This document shows, piece after piece, positions 18,559 through 26,835 of a stretch of 64,000 nt of DNA. Below the pieces are notes generated by a model. It was not told where the DNA came from and did no database searches. It was given only the letters and a program-made list of their open reading frames with translations. The first letter of the stretch is position 1. Every line of letters begins with the position of its first letter. Where the stretch lies: assembly GCA_943367715.1 (NCBI GenBank), contig CALRJY020000023.1, positions 23,264-87,263 on the forward strand. Direction: 5' to 3'. Made by a program: the position numbers and the translations under genes. This DNA comes from Chitinophaga pinensis. Lineage in GTDB: Bacteria > Verrucomicrobiota > Verrucomicrobiia > Limisphaerales > JAEYXS01.

Positions 18559-19326
18559 ATGAGTATGGCATTGATCACACCACCGCCCTGTCCGCCAATG
18601 GAGCCCTACCCTACTGCTGCCTCGGTCAGGTGGATTGAGGAAGTCCACAACATCAACGAGGTGGCTACCCTGAACTGGCTTGCTGAGTTAGGTAAGGTGC
18701 TGTTTCGTGACCGCAACCACACTGATTGGCTCACGCCTGAGGAAGTCATGCGATTGGCTGAGAGCAACAATGTCGAATTCAAAGGCACCAAGCCGATGTT
18801 CCTCAACTGGCTGGTCTGGACACTGATGGAGTGGGCACGCCGTCGAACGTCACTGCGCGTCGAGTCAACCATCGTCTTGGTACAGCGTGATCTCCAACCG
18901 GAAGGTTACCAAGTCAGTTGCCGCTTAATCCAACTCCAGCCCGAACACATCGAAATAACCTTCACGACGCCATTAAAAACACTAACCAGCAACCAGTCTG
19001 CTTCGACACAACTCGTTGAAAAACAGCAATCAGCTGCAAAAAGCGATGCCTCCGATTCCTTCAGGGCGAAGGAGTCTAATTTTCACAACTCGTTCATTCC
19101 GAGTACATTGCAAAAACCACCCGTGTCAAATAAGCACACAAATGGCAACATGCTACCCCCACCACATTTTTGGCCAGATCAATACGCAGCCACCCATCTA
19201 AACCACGGGAAGCTGAGTTGCCTTGTCGAGCCAACCGTTTCGCAGGGGATTGATTCGTTCAGCTTGTCCAGCAGCCCAAGCCAGCCAACGTTCAGTCGAT
19301 TCCTGTCCCTTACCCCCAACCAATGA
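18559..19326 (+). CDS. Hypothetical protein (255 aa); low-complexity C-terminal half
   Basis: ORF only. Its last 129 nt overlap the convergent gene 19198-20355, so its 3' extent is doubtful. Confidence 0.35.
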   Translation: MSMALITPPPCPPMEPYPTAASVRWIEEVHNINEVATLNWLAELGKVLFRDRNHTDWLTPEEVMRLAESNNVEFKGTKPMFLNWLVWTLMEWARRRTSLRVESTIVLVQRDLQPEGYQVSCRLIQLQPEHIEITFTTPLKTLTSNQSASTQLVEKQQSAAKSDASDSFRAKESNFHNSFIPSTLQKPPVSNKHTNGNMLPPPHFWPDQYAATHLNHGKLSCLVEPTVSQGIDSFSLSSSPSQPTFSRFLSLTPNQ

Positions 19327-20355
19327 CAACCGGCATGCCTCCACAAACCGTTCAATCTCCTCAGCCTTGTGCCAGTTGGTTGATTGATGGCACAGATCCT
19401 CCACACGGCGCTGTTCCTCTTCTCTTCGTTGCTGAGCCAGTCTGTGCAATCGCTCCTGTTCCTCCCATTGCCGGTGCCACTCTTCTCGTTCCAATCGCGC
19501 CAATCTCACTGCCTCACCGGTCGCAACAATCGTTTCAACAATCTCAATGAGGAAATCGTCCAATCGCTGGAACTTGCCATCACTCCAGCTCTTTCGACCG
19601 CCTCTGGGTTCGTATTCATCGATTCGAAACGTCAACCGGCCGTTGGGATGCTCGGTAAACTCTTGTCGACCAAACCGAAATTTCAGCTCTTCAGCAGTCA
19701 GCTCACGTTTCCGTCTTTCCACACCTTCGCTCAACATAATCCGCACTCGATCCACTCCAACCATCACATAGGTCCCCTGTTTATCCCCGTCAGGACCCAT
19801 AGTTTTGTAGCCACGTCGTTCCAATTCGTTGATCAAAGCGTCCATGATTAGCAACGCCCGTCGCAGCATCGGTTTGCTTGTCAGGACAGCCAAACAGTCT
19901 GCTTGATAGTCTGGATAGATGATACCGCTTTCCCGCGTGTCACCTCGTTCCAAGATGTTTCGGGCAGATCTGACCAGTGGATGAGCCTTACGAAAATCAG
20001 CAGCCAGTTTCAATGTGTTGGCAGCTACTACAGGTTGATCGTCCTTGCTGGCAGTATCCGACTCACTGGCCGGTGCTTTAAGCTGCTGCGTTTCCGGTTT
20101 ACTTCGCTTCTCGACAGGTCGGATAACAATGGGCTCCACGAATCCTTGAGGTGGAGGTGGCAGCGGCGTTCGTTCGACTTCAACCTTCAACCGGCGAAAC
20201 GACCAGTAGTCATTGCCAGGTCTAGGTATCTCACATTCATCACACGCTCGGATAAGGCGATAGCCACTGACGCCTAGCTTCGTGGAGAGATGAGAGATCG
20301 GCGTGGTCCAAACAGCCTCGTACAACTCCTGTCGGGTCATAGTTATTGCTTCCAT
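19198..20355 (-). CDS. Hypothetical protein with an N-terminal HTH-like segment and a charged coiled-coil C-terminus
   Basis: TRQELYEAVWTTPISHLSTKLGVSGYRLIRACDECEIPRPGNDYW is a recurring N-terminal module of uncharacterised bacterial proteins. The C-terminus is rich in RLEREEWHRQWEEQERL. Confidence 0.6.
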   Translation of the reverse strand: MEAITMTRQELYEAVWTTPISHLSTKLGVSGYRLIRACDECEIPRPGNDYWSFRRLKVEVERTPLPPPPQGFVEPIVIRPVEKRSKPETQQLKAPASESDTASKDDQPVVAANTLKLAADFRKAHPLVRSARNILERGDTRESGIIYPDYQADCLAVLTSKPMLRRALLIMDALINELERRGYKTMGPDGDKQGTYVMVGVDRVRIMLSEGVERRKRELTAEELKFRFGRQEFTEHPNGRLTFRIDEYEPRGGRKSWSDGKFQRLDDFLIEIVETIVATGEAVRLARLEREEWHRQWEEQERLHRLAQQRREEEQRRVEDLCHQSTNWHKAEEIERFVEACRLSLVGGKGQESTERWLAWAAGQAERINPLRNGWLDKATQLPVV

Positions 20356-20419
20356 GACCTCATTTCAGCAACGGAACGCCAGCGCAGCAATCTCTTGAAT
20401 CAGCCAGGATTGAATCACT

Positions 20420-20740
20420 TTACCACCACCTGCCATAAGCGACGACGACATCCTCAGCGTCAATTTCCACCTTCTGGAGCACTGCATCATGAAGTGTCGA
20501 TCCTGCTTCGCCCGCTTTCAGCACGTCCGCACATAGGTATTGCCAGAAGGTCACTAGCCGAAGGAAGAAGCATTGCAAGTCATCGACCACCTGGCTGTGT
20601 GCGGTTTCAGCAAAGTTACTTTCGTTGGCGCGCCACTCAGCCCGCCAATTCTTCAGATAGGCATTGAGGCTGCACTGGGTCACGTTACGGTTTCTGTTGA
20701 CCGTTTTGAGGAGCGAGTAGGCCGATACGAATGGTGACAA
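20420..20740 (-). CDS. Hypothetical protein (106 aa)
   Basis: ORF upstream of and co-oriented with 19198-20355, divergent from the RT gene. Confidence 0.4.
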   Translation of the reverse strand: MSPFVSAYSLLKTVNRNRNVTQCSLNAYLKNWRAEWRANESNFAETAHSQVVDDLQCFFLRLVTFWQYLCADVLKAGEAGSTLHDAVLQKVEIDAEDVVVAYGRWW

Positions 20741-20757
20741 TCAGTATCCTTAGCGAG

Positions 20758-20786
20758 TTGACAATGGCCCCGTATCTCCTGAAAAT
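20758..20786 (+). promoter_or_regulatory. Sigma70-like promoter for the RT locus
   Basis: TTGACA (20758-20763), a 17-nt spacer, then GAAAAT (20781-20786). Confidence 0.4.
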
Positions 20787-20792
20787 TTCTCT

Positions 20793-20923
20793 GCCTGGTC
20801 GCGTGAATCGTTGCCCCTTAAAAAGGCAGTCGGTTTTTCAATGCAGGACACAAGTGCACCGAATGCCCCTGCTTAAGGTATCCATTGCGTTCCGAGATTA
20901 CCATCCGCAACCAGGCGTTTTTT
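20793..20923 (+). ncRNA. Candidate structured leader/ncRNA upstream of the RT
   Basis: Long-range stem GCCTGGTCGCG (20793-20803) pairs with CGCAACCAGGC (20906-20916) at 10 of 11 bp, enclosing about 100 nt that contain internal palindromes. T6 (20918-20923) follows directly, 3 nt before the ATG at 20927. Confidence 0.35.
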
Positions 20924-22759
20924 CCAATGTCCTTGGCTGACTATTTTTCTGATGAAGCGTTGATAGCAGCTTTGTGCCGTATACGTATCAAGGAGGCGGA
21001 CAAGGCAGAGAAGGTGGCCAATGGCTTTCATGCACAGCCCGGTCAGCAATTTGAATACATTACGGCTCACTTTCTGCCTCCTCGCCGATTGTGGAATCGA
21101 TACCGCCCGCGTGAGAGAAGCAAATTAGGGTCAACAAAGGTCTCAGAGAAAAGCCTCAAGAGAGCCACTATTCAACTCCGTGCTGGCAATGCTCCATGGG
21201 TCTCGGAATTAAACTGTCTATTGCTACGAGTTCGTCAAAAGGCGCTAGTGTCTGAAAACTTTGCTTTTACAACACCTCATCTGTCACCAGTCCTTAAAAA
21301 AGGTAACGTCTATCGCCCATTGGCCTCCTTTGATCTGGAAGACAAACTCATCGACGGAGCTCTCGCCAAATACTGGAAAGATCAGTTGGATGAATTGTTC
21401 GATCCCGCATCCATGGCTTTTCGCGCCCGTCCAACAGACGGTTCCCCCATGCCCTCTGCTCATATGGCGTTGGACCTCATCTGTGAAAGGCGAGACAGGA
21501 GCCCGAGCGGATCTCTTTACGCGGCCGAATGTGACATTAAAGGGTTCTTCGATTGCGTGGATCATGATGTCGCACGTACGCAACTTCGAAGGCTACTCGA
21601 AGTCAAACAATCCATGAACCCTGCGTTCGTCGTTGAGCCAAGAGCCATACTGCTCTTCGAAGCCTTCTTGGATTGCTATTCGTTTCGGGAGCATGTCCTC
21701 GGAAATTTGCTTCCACGACTCAGACGGTGGAAACCTAAGGCTGAAATTAACTGGCCGGAACCGGATCTTCGTAAGTTGCATGAGGATTTTGATCACGCTC
21801 GCATTGGAGTTCCCCAAGGTGGTGCTCTATCAGGTATCATCGCCAACATCGTCCTCGATTTGGCTGATAAGCGGGTGAGAGAACTCGCCTCAAGCGCACA
21901 GAGTTCTATCAGCTACCTCCGTTATTGTGATGACATGATCATTTTGGCTCAAAGCCGGAAGCAATGCTCTTCAGTCTTTCAGGCCTATCTGGCTACGCTC
22001 AGCCAGTTGAGACTTCCCTACCACGAACCGGTTGCAATCAAGTTCTACGACCGAGCTTTCTGGGAGTTCAAATCCCGTCTCCCTTACCGATGGACAGGGA
22101 AGAAGTGGTTCAACTGCGTGCCGTGGATACAGTTTGTTGGCTATCAGATCCGCTACGATGGATTAGTGCGCATCAGGAAAGAGAGTGAAGCCAAACACAT
22201 TGGACGGGTCATTGAGAAGACTGGCTGGTTCATTAATGCGTTCCTGCCCGGCGAAGCACGTAACAGAGTCGTGGCTCCAATAGCTCCTGATACCCCTTAT
22301 CCGCAAAGAACGGTAGTTGCAGGTCTGTACGGAAGACTCTCATCCATGGCAGTTGGTCGCGCTAACAGCCACCAGGATGTAGAGGGACCTAGACAGATGT
22401 GCTGGGCGGCCGGTTTCAAGGGTTTACACGGAAAGCCATTCGTCGATGGAGTTCTTAGGCGTCTGGACCGCATCAGAGGAAAACAAATCAGTCGTTTCAT
22501 CCACAAACCAATCAGATTTGGCGGTCAACAAAGTGAGTTCCGGCTTTCTGCTAGAGAAGCTAACGAAGATAGCTACCACGCGCAGTTCAGCAACAATGGC
22601 GGTGATGAATTGATCAAGAATCCGTACCAGCCATCTTGGATCGAACAGAAGTTTTTTGAACGGCTGTATCTTTGGCGATTAGCAATCCATTTGAAGAAAA
22701 AAACAGCGGTTGGGAACACACAACACCTCCCGCCTGAAACGCCTGCCGCTCATCAATAA
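20885..22759 (+). CDS. Stand-alone reverse transcriptase (UG/Abi-like candidate)
   Basis: RT motifs: YRPLASFDLEDKLIDGALAKY, ECDIKGFFDCVDH (A), GVPQGGALSGIIANIVL (B), YLRYCDDMIIL (C, YxDD), FVGYQI. The likely start is the ATG at 20927 (MSLADYF). Confidence 0.85.
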   Translation: MRSEITIRNQAFFPMSLADYFSDEALIAALCRIRIKEADKAEKVANGFHAQPGQQFEYITAHFLPPRRLWNRYRPRERSKLGSTKVSEKSLKRATIQLRAGNAPWVSELNCLLLRVRQKALVSENFAFTTPHLSPVLKKGNVYRPLASFDLEDKLIDGALAKYWKDQLDELFDPASMAFRARPTDGSPMPSAHMALDLICERRDRSPSGSLYAAECDIKGFFDCVDHDVARTQLRRLLEVKQSMNPAFVVEPRAILLFEAFLDCYSFREHVLGNLLPRLRRWKPKAEINWPEPDLRKLHEDFDHARIGVPQGGALSGIIANIVLDLADKRVRELASSAQSSISYLRYCDDMIILAQSRKQCSSVFQAYLATLSQLRLPYHEPVAIKFYDRAFWEFKSRLPYRWTGKKWFNCVPWIQFVGYQIRYDGLVRIRKESEAKHIGRVIEKTGWFINAFLPGEARNRVVAPIAPDTPYPQRTVVAGLYGRLSSMAVGRANSHQDVEGPRQMCWAAGFKGLHGKPFVDGVLRRLDRIRGKQISRFIHKPIRFGGQQSEFRLSAREANEDSYHAQFSNNGGDELIKNPYQPSWIEQKFFERLYLWRLAIHLKKKTAVGNTQHLPPETPAAHQ

Positions 22760-22919
22760 TTGGTCGTCGGTCATTGCTGGTTGCGTGGCGAATCCACAAA
22801 CATTGCAGTGGAACGGAAAAGTCCAGACAACCGACGCCAAGGAGGTGGACCTGTGGAAGGTCGCTGAAGAAACGTCCGGCTGCCTGAACGACTTAACGCT
22901 ACGCCGACCTCACAGCCTG

Positions 22920-23246
22920 TCAACCCTTGCTGGTCTCTGTCAAGAACACCTCAGAAACGGGGCATCTCAGCTTGCTCAAGATCGAGTCTAGCCGGTCCAA
23001 CGTCACACTCTCCTCCCCCTGCTCCAACCGGTAGAGACTCGAACGGCTGATACCGATCTTCTTGGCAAAGGCAACATGGGTCATCTCTCCACGTTTGCGA
23101 CGTAGAAATCCTGCGAACTGTTTGTCCAGAGAGCTTGCCACTCCTCCGAAGCTATCCGGCCAAGTGTCCCGTTTGCGGGACATTCTGCTTGCCAGCAATT
23201 TCACGCAGGGCGACAGTGGCGACGAAGCTGGTAGCGGATGGAACAA
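22920..23246 (-). CDS. XRE-family HTH transcriptional regulator
   Basis: FLRRKRGEMTHVAFAKKIGISRSSLYRLEQGEESVTLDRLDSILSKL. The true start is probably the internal Met (MSRKRD). Confidence 0.75.
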   Translation of the reverse strand: MFHPLPASSPLSPCVKLLASRMSRKRDTWPDSFGGVASSLDKQFAGFLRRKRGEMTHVAFAKKIGISRSSLYRLEQGEESVTLDRLDSILSKLRCPVSEVFLTETSKG

Positions 23247-23298
23247 CCAAAGCGCTAGGAGAACGCCACCCTCTCGCTACCGGTCGAAGTGACGTCGT

Positions 23299-23958
23299 AT
23301 GAAACAGGCAAAACTTTGGGCCACTACAGTGTTCGCCTTCTTTGCGGTGATATTTATCTGCGGATTTTTTCAAGGGGAACGAAACAATTACCTGCGCTTG
23401 GTGGACATTGTGAACCGGCTAGACACCCCCTATCCAATACTCATCAACGAATGCCGCTCTATTGCAGCCAGGACCAGCGATCCTGATCTCAAATTCGTGG
23501 CAGAGTATCACTACAAGTTTGCAGAAATGTTTTCCTCGACTGGTTATCAAAGCCATCAGGACGCAATCAGTAAGGGTAAGCTAGACCATTTTGTCAGAGG
23601 GTTGGCCATTCCGTTCATCAATCCCGCTGCTGGATGGGACATGCTTTTCAAGGGTGCCGGTTTGTGGATGGACGAAAGCCGGTTCAAAGAATGTGGAGAA
23701 AGAGTGATGAACCGGTATGATCATCGACCGATTTGGATTTACGTGGTGGCACTTTGCGCCGCCTATTTCGTCCACCTACAAGTGGAATACTCCACACGGT
23801 CCTCAGTAAGCGCCGTTCCCAACACAGCTCCAGTCACAACAACAGAAAGCCTGACTGTCTGTCCGAAATGCGGAGCCAAGAACCGCAACAAAGTCCTGGC
23901 AGCGGGTCAAAAACTCGTCTGCGGCCAGTGCAAAACCGTTCTGCACAGCGTTTCCTAA
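23299..23958 (+). CDS. Membrane protein with a C-terminal zinc ribbon
   Basis: Two hydrophobic helices (LWATTVFAFFAVIFICGFF and IWIYVVALCAAYFVHL) and a C-terminal CPKCGAKN...CGQCKTVL. Confidence 0.6.
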   Translation: MKQAKLWATTVFAFFAVIFICGFFQGERNNYLRLVDIVNRLDTPYPILINECRSIAARTSDPDLKFVAEYHYKFAEMFSSTGYQSHQDAISKGKLDHFVRGLAIPFINPAAGWDMLFKGAGLWMDESRFKECGERVMNRYDHRPIWIYVVALCAAYFVHLQVEYSTRSSVSAVPNTAPVTTTESLTVCPKCGAKNRNKVLAAGQKLVCGQCKTVLHSVS

Positions 23959-23960
23959 CT

Positions 23961-24590
23961 ATGTCTTTCACCACCGAGCAAGCATTCAACATCCTCGAAC
24001 TGCCTTCGACCGCCACATGGGAGGAAGTCCGTCAGGCATACCGGGAAATGGTAAAAGTGTGGCATCCCGACCGCTTTCCCAATGACGAGAAATTCAAGCA
24101 AAGGGCGACCAGAAAGATTCAGGATATCAATACCGCCTACAAGCTACTTGAGGTTCATCTCAAGCATCAGAGTGCGGCGAAGCACTCTCCACCGCCTAAC
24201 CCACAGGAACAGCATTCGTACGCAAATCAGCCACCATCTTCCGCTTCGACCGCCAAGGAACAACCAGCCTCAGATGACGGGCCGCCTTCCTTCCTAGAAC
24301 ACTGCCAAGATTACGCTGTTTCGTTGCTGCTCGTGTGCTACATCGGCTGGGGCTCGGGTGGATTTATTGGACGAATCATCATAGGCATGGGAATATTCTA
24401 TGTGACTTGCGAAACCATAGGCCCAAAATACTTGATGCGGCTATGTGTGACGACTGCGGCTTTGCTGGGAGTAGCATTTTTCACCGACCACAGCGATTCG
24501 ACAGCCACCATCGCTGCTTGGGGAGTTTTGATTACTATTGTCCTGGGTGGCATCAAAATCGTCGCCAAACTCATCCGAATATCCAATTAG
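23961..24590 (+). CDS. J-domain (DnaJ-like) membrane protein
   Basis: Starts at the ATG at 23961, 2 nt after the previous stop. AFNILELPSTATWEEVRQAYREMVKVWHPDRFPNDEKFKQRATRKIQDINTAYKLL contains the HPD motif. The C-terminus has 3 hydrophobic helices. The track ORF 23733-24590 is this frame extended upstream. Confidence 0.8.
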   Translation: MSFTTEQAFNILELPSTATWEEVRQAYREMVKVWHPDRFPNDEKFKQRATRKIQDINTAYKLLEVHLKHQSAAKHSPPPNPQEQHSYANQPPSSASTAKEQPASDDGPPSFLEHCQDYAVSLLLVCYIGWGSGGFIGRIIIGMGIFYVTCETIGPKYLMRLCVTTAALLGVAFFTDHSDSTATIAAWGVLITIVLGGIKIVAKLIRISN

Positions 24591-24734
24591 ATGCTATGGA
24601 CAGCAGCACCGTTAACAGAGCGGATTGCGACAACCCTCCCTCCCCCACTGCCGAAAGCTCCTTCTCGCTGGTATCATAGATTGAAACCAATATCGGCCTA
24701 GCTTCATCGCTGGGCTGATTTTTCAATCACCACC

Positions 24735-24791
24735 CGGCAGCAAACACCTGGTCTTCTCCTTAACGGGAGGGGGCCGGGTGTTTTGCTGCCG
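24735..24791 (+). repeat. Long imperfect inverted repeat (14/15-nt arms)
   Basis: CGGCAGCAAACACC (24735-24748) pairs with GGTGTTTTGCTGCCG (24777-24791) with one bulged base. The loop contains a nested CTCC...GGAG hairpin. The 3' arm ends 25 nt before the ATG at 24816. Confidence 0.6.
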
Positions 24792-24815
24792 ATATCCCTG
24801 AAAGGTACCCCCTCT

Positions 24816-25292
24816 ATGGCTATCAAACTCGAAGCCAACTACTCCAAGAAGATCGGATTGGCCGGATTCAGTTCCCACCAGTTCAGTCTTACGCTGGTCA
24901 CTGAAATCACCGACCTCAGCAAAGTGCCTGAGGAAAGTGAACGACTGCATGGTCTGCTCCAGCAATCCGTCGATCATTCCATCCAGCAAGTCGGTTATCT
25001 GCCTGACCAACAAGGCACCAAGAATGGTAACGGTAAGACCAACGGCAATGGTCATCCTAAGCCGCCTCAACGCATCAACACTCCGGTTCATGACTGGAAA
25101 TGCACCGTCGCTCAAAAGGAACTCATCCTGAGAGTTGTGGAAGAGAACAAACTCGATAAGAACGAGATCGAAGACTTGGCCCAGAAGCGTTTCCGCAAAG
25201 GAGTCAAGGAGTTGAGCAAATTGGAGGCAACCGGCTTCATCACCGAACTGCTCGATCAGTATCCGGGCAAGAACCAGCCGAGGTCCCGATGA
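24816..25292 (+). CDS. Hypothetical protein (158 aa)
   Basis: ATG at 24816 (MAIKLEANYSKK). The stop overlaps the next start (ATGA). No motif recognised. Confidence 0.55.
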   Translation: MAIKLEANYSKKIGLAGFSSHQFSLTLVTEITDLSKVPEESERLHGLLQQSVDHSIQQVGYLPDQQGTKNGNGKTNGNGHPKPPQRINTPVHDWKCTVAQKELILRVVEENKLDKNEIEDLAQKRFRKGVKELSKLEATGFITELLDQYPGKNQPRSR

Positions 25293-26104
25293 TTGCACCG
25301 TTAGAAAAACCACTGCCCCCAGTCGACCCCATCCCAGAGCTAACCAGAACTGTATCAGCCAGTCGCATAGGTTGCTGGCTGACATGCCGGTTGAAGTTCT
25401 TCTTCCGGTATGTCCTGAAGCTGAAGAAAGGCAACACCGCAGCTCAATACGTCGGTTCCCGTGTCCATGGCGTCTTGCAACAGTGGAATCTGGCGAGGTG
25501 GCGGCAGCAGGCACATGACGTTGAGACTCTGAAAACCGTGTATGAACGTCACTGGAAAGAGGAACAGGTCAAAGATCCGGTGAGATGGGAACCAGATGAA
25601 GAACCGGCCGAGAAAGCTACAGGCTGGTCGTTGGTGTATCTCTACCTCAAAGAAACACCCATACCCAAAGATGAGCTGCCTATGGGTGTGGAGTTGAGGC
25701 TGGAGGCAGATCTATCACATCACGGCCTACCCACACTCATCGGCATCATCGATCTAGTTCGTCAACATGGGCGTATCGTGGACTTCAAGACAGCAGGCCA
25801 AACACCCAATGCCGAGAAGTCCGCTCACCTCCATGAAATCCAGCTCACCGGGTATTCAGTGCTGTACCGGGCGAATGCTGAAGCACGGGAAACCGGACTG
25901 GAACTGCATACTCTGGTGAAAACCAAGCAACCCAAGCTTATCGTTCATACAATGCCTCCTGCCAGTGAGCACATGAAGACTCGGTTATTTCGGATCATGG
26001 ACTCGTATCAGAACGGGGTGGAACGGGAAGACTTCGTACCATCACCCAGCCCGATGTCCTGTGCTTGCTGTGAATACTTCAATGAGTGCAAACGCTGGAG
26101 CTAG
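25289..26104 (+). CDS. PD-(D/E)XK nuclease, Cas4/RecB-like, with a Cys cluster
   Basis: IGIIDLV...GRIVDFKTAG (D...D/E-x-K core), an N-terminal Cys (RIGCWLTC) and a C-terminal CACCEYFNEC, typical of the Cas4-like 4Fe-4S arrangement. Confidence 0.75.
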   Translation: MIAPLEKPLPPVDPIPELTRTVSASRIGCWLTCRLKFFFRYVLKLKKGNTAAQYVGSRVHGVLQQWNLARWRQQAHDVETLKTVYERHWKEEQVKDPVRWEPDEEPAEKATGWSLVYLYLKETPIPKDELPMGVELRLEADLSHHGLPTLIGIIDLVRQHGRIVDFKTAGQTPNAEKSAHLHEIQLTGYSVLYRANAEARETGLELHTLVKTKQPKLIVHTMPPASEHMKTRLFRIMDSYQNGVEREDFVPSPSPMSCACCEYFNECKRWS

Positions 26105-26105
26105 C

Positions 26106-26450
26106 ATGAAAGAGCCTCATCTATCCGGTTTGTTGCACGCATTACAGCCAGCCTTGAAGAGTCAGAAACGGGCCAAGGAGTTGCTGGAACGCTTCTGGCA
26201 GGACAAACAGGCCATCATCTGGACCACCACGCAAGTTCACCGGGCAGCCAATGAGAACAAGACGGTGCTGACTGAAGTGGATGCTCAAACCATCCTCGGT
26301 GACTTCATCAGCAACCATCATCATCAGTACGGGTTGTGTTTCAGCGACTTGGTGAAAGCCATCGAGGAAAGTGGGTTGGGCCGTAAAATCCTGGCTGAGG
26401 AAACGCGCAACCTGGTTCTCCGTAGCATCCTCACCGTTGATCCACCATGA
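26106..26450 (+). CDS. Hypothetical protein (114 aa)
   Basis: ATG at 26106, directly after the upstream stop at 26104. The stop overlaps the next start. Confidence 0.5.
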   Translation: MKEPHLSGLLHALQPALKSQKRAKELLERFWQDKQAIIWTTTQVHRAANENKTVLTEVDAQTILGDFISNHHHQYGLCFSDLVKAIEESGLGRKILAEETRNLVLRSILTVDPP

Positions 26451-26707
26451 AACCACCGGCTGAGTTCAAAGTGATGCCAGTGCGGGAATGTGCTGGCCTG
26501 CAATCTACCGATCCTCTTACCGGGATCGAGTCACCCACGCCTGATCGCATGTTAAAGATCGAGGAAACGGGTGACTCATGGAAAGGAGTCATCAAACCGA
26601 AGATCCGTTTGATGGGGCGCTGGCTGGATAAAGCTGGATTCAAACCCGGCTCACGCGTGCAAGTCGTTTGCGTAGGTCCGGGAGTGATTCAGTTGCGGTC
26701 CGTCTGA
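26447..26707 (+). CDS. SymE-like / AbrB-fold (SpoVT-AbrB) protein
   Basis: KPKIRLMGRWLDKAGFKPGSRVQVVCVGPGVIQL matches the SymE-toxin pattern P.I.L.G.WL..AGF..G..V.V....G.i.L. Confidence 0.6.
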   Translation: MKPPAEFKVMPVRECAGLQSTDPLTGIESPTPDRMLKIEETGDSWKGVIKPKIRLMGRWLDKAGFKPGSRVQVVCVGPGVIQLRSV

Positions 26708-26728
26708 CATCCGTTCCCTCATCCTCAC

Positions 26729-26766
26729 AACCGCTGATCTCTCATGGTCAGCGGTTTTCATTTTCC
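26729..26766 (+). terminator. Rho-independent terminator
   Basis: Stem AACCGCTGA / TCAGCGGTT (26729-26737 / 26748-26756) followed by TTCATTTT. Confidence 0.5.
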
Positions 26767-26835
26767 ACCCCCTTTCTCTGCTCGCCTAGGAATTGAGCAG
26801 GGTTATTCGCGAACAACCCTTAACCATCATCAACA

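Noticed and set aside
18559-19326. 129-bp convergent overlap between 18559-19326 (+) and 19198-20355 (-) as a possible antisense regulatory arrangement
   Set aside because: The C-terminal half of the plus-strand ORF is low-complexity and unsupported. The overlap most likely reflects over-extension of a doubtful ORF rather than real overlapping genes.
20885-22759. RT as part of a group II intron or a retron
   Set aside because: I recognised no maturase-X or En domain, no flanking intron-like 5' GUGYG or domain V sequence, and no interrupted host gene. The protein is about twice the length of retron RTs, and I saw no msr/msd-type long inverted repeats flanking a G branch site. It is kept as an unclassified stand-alone RT instead.
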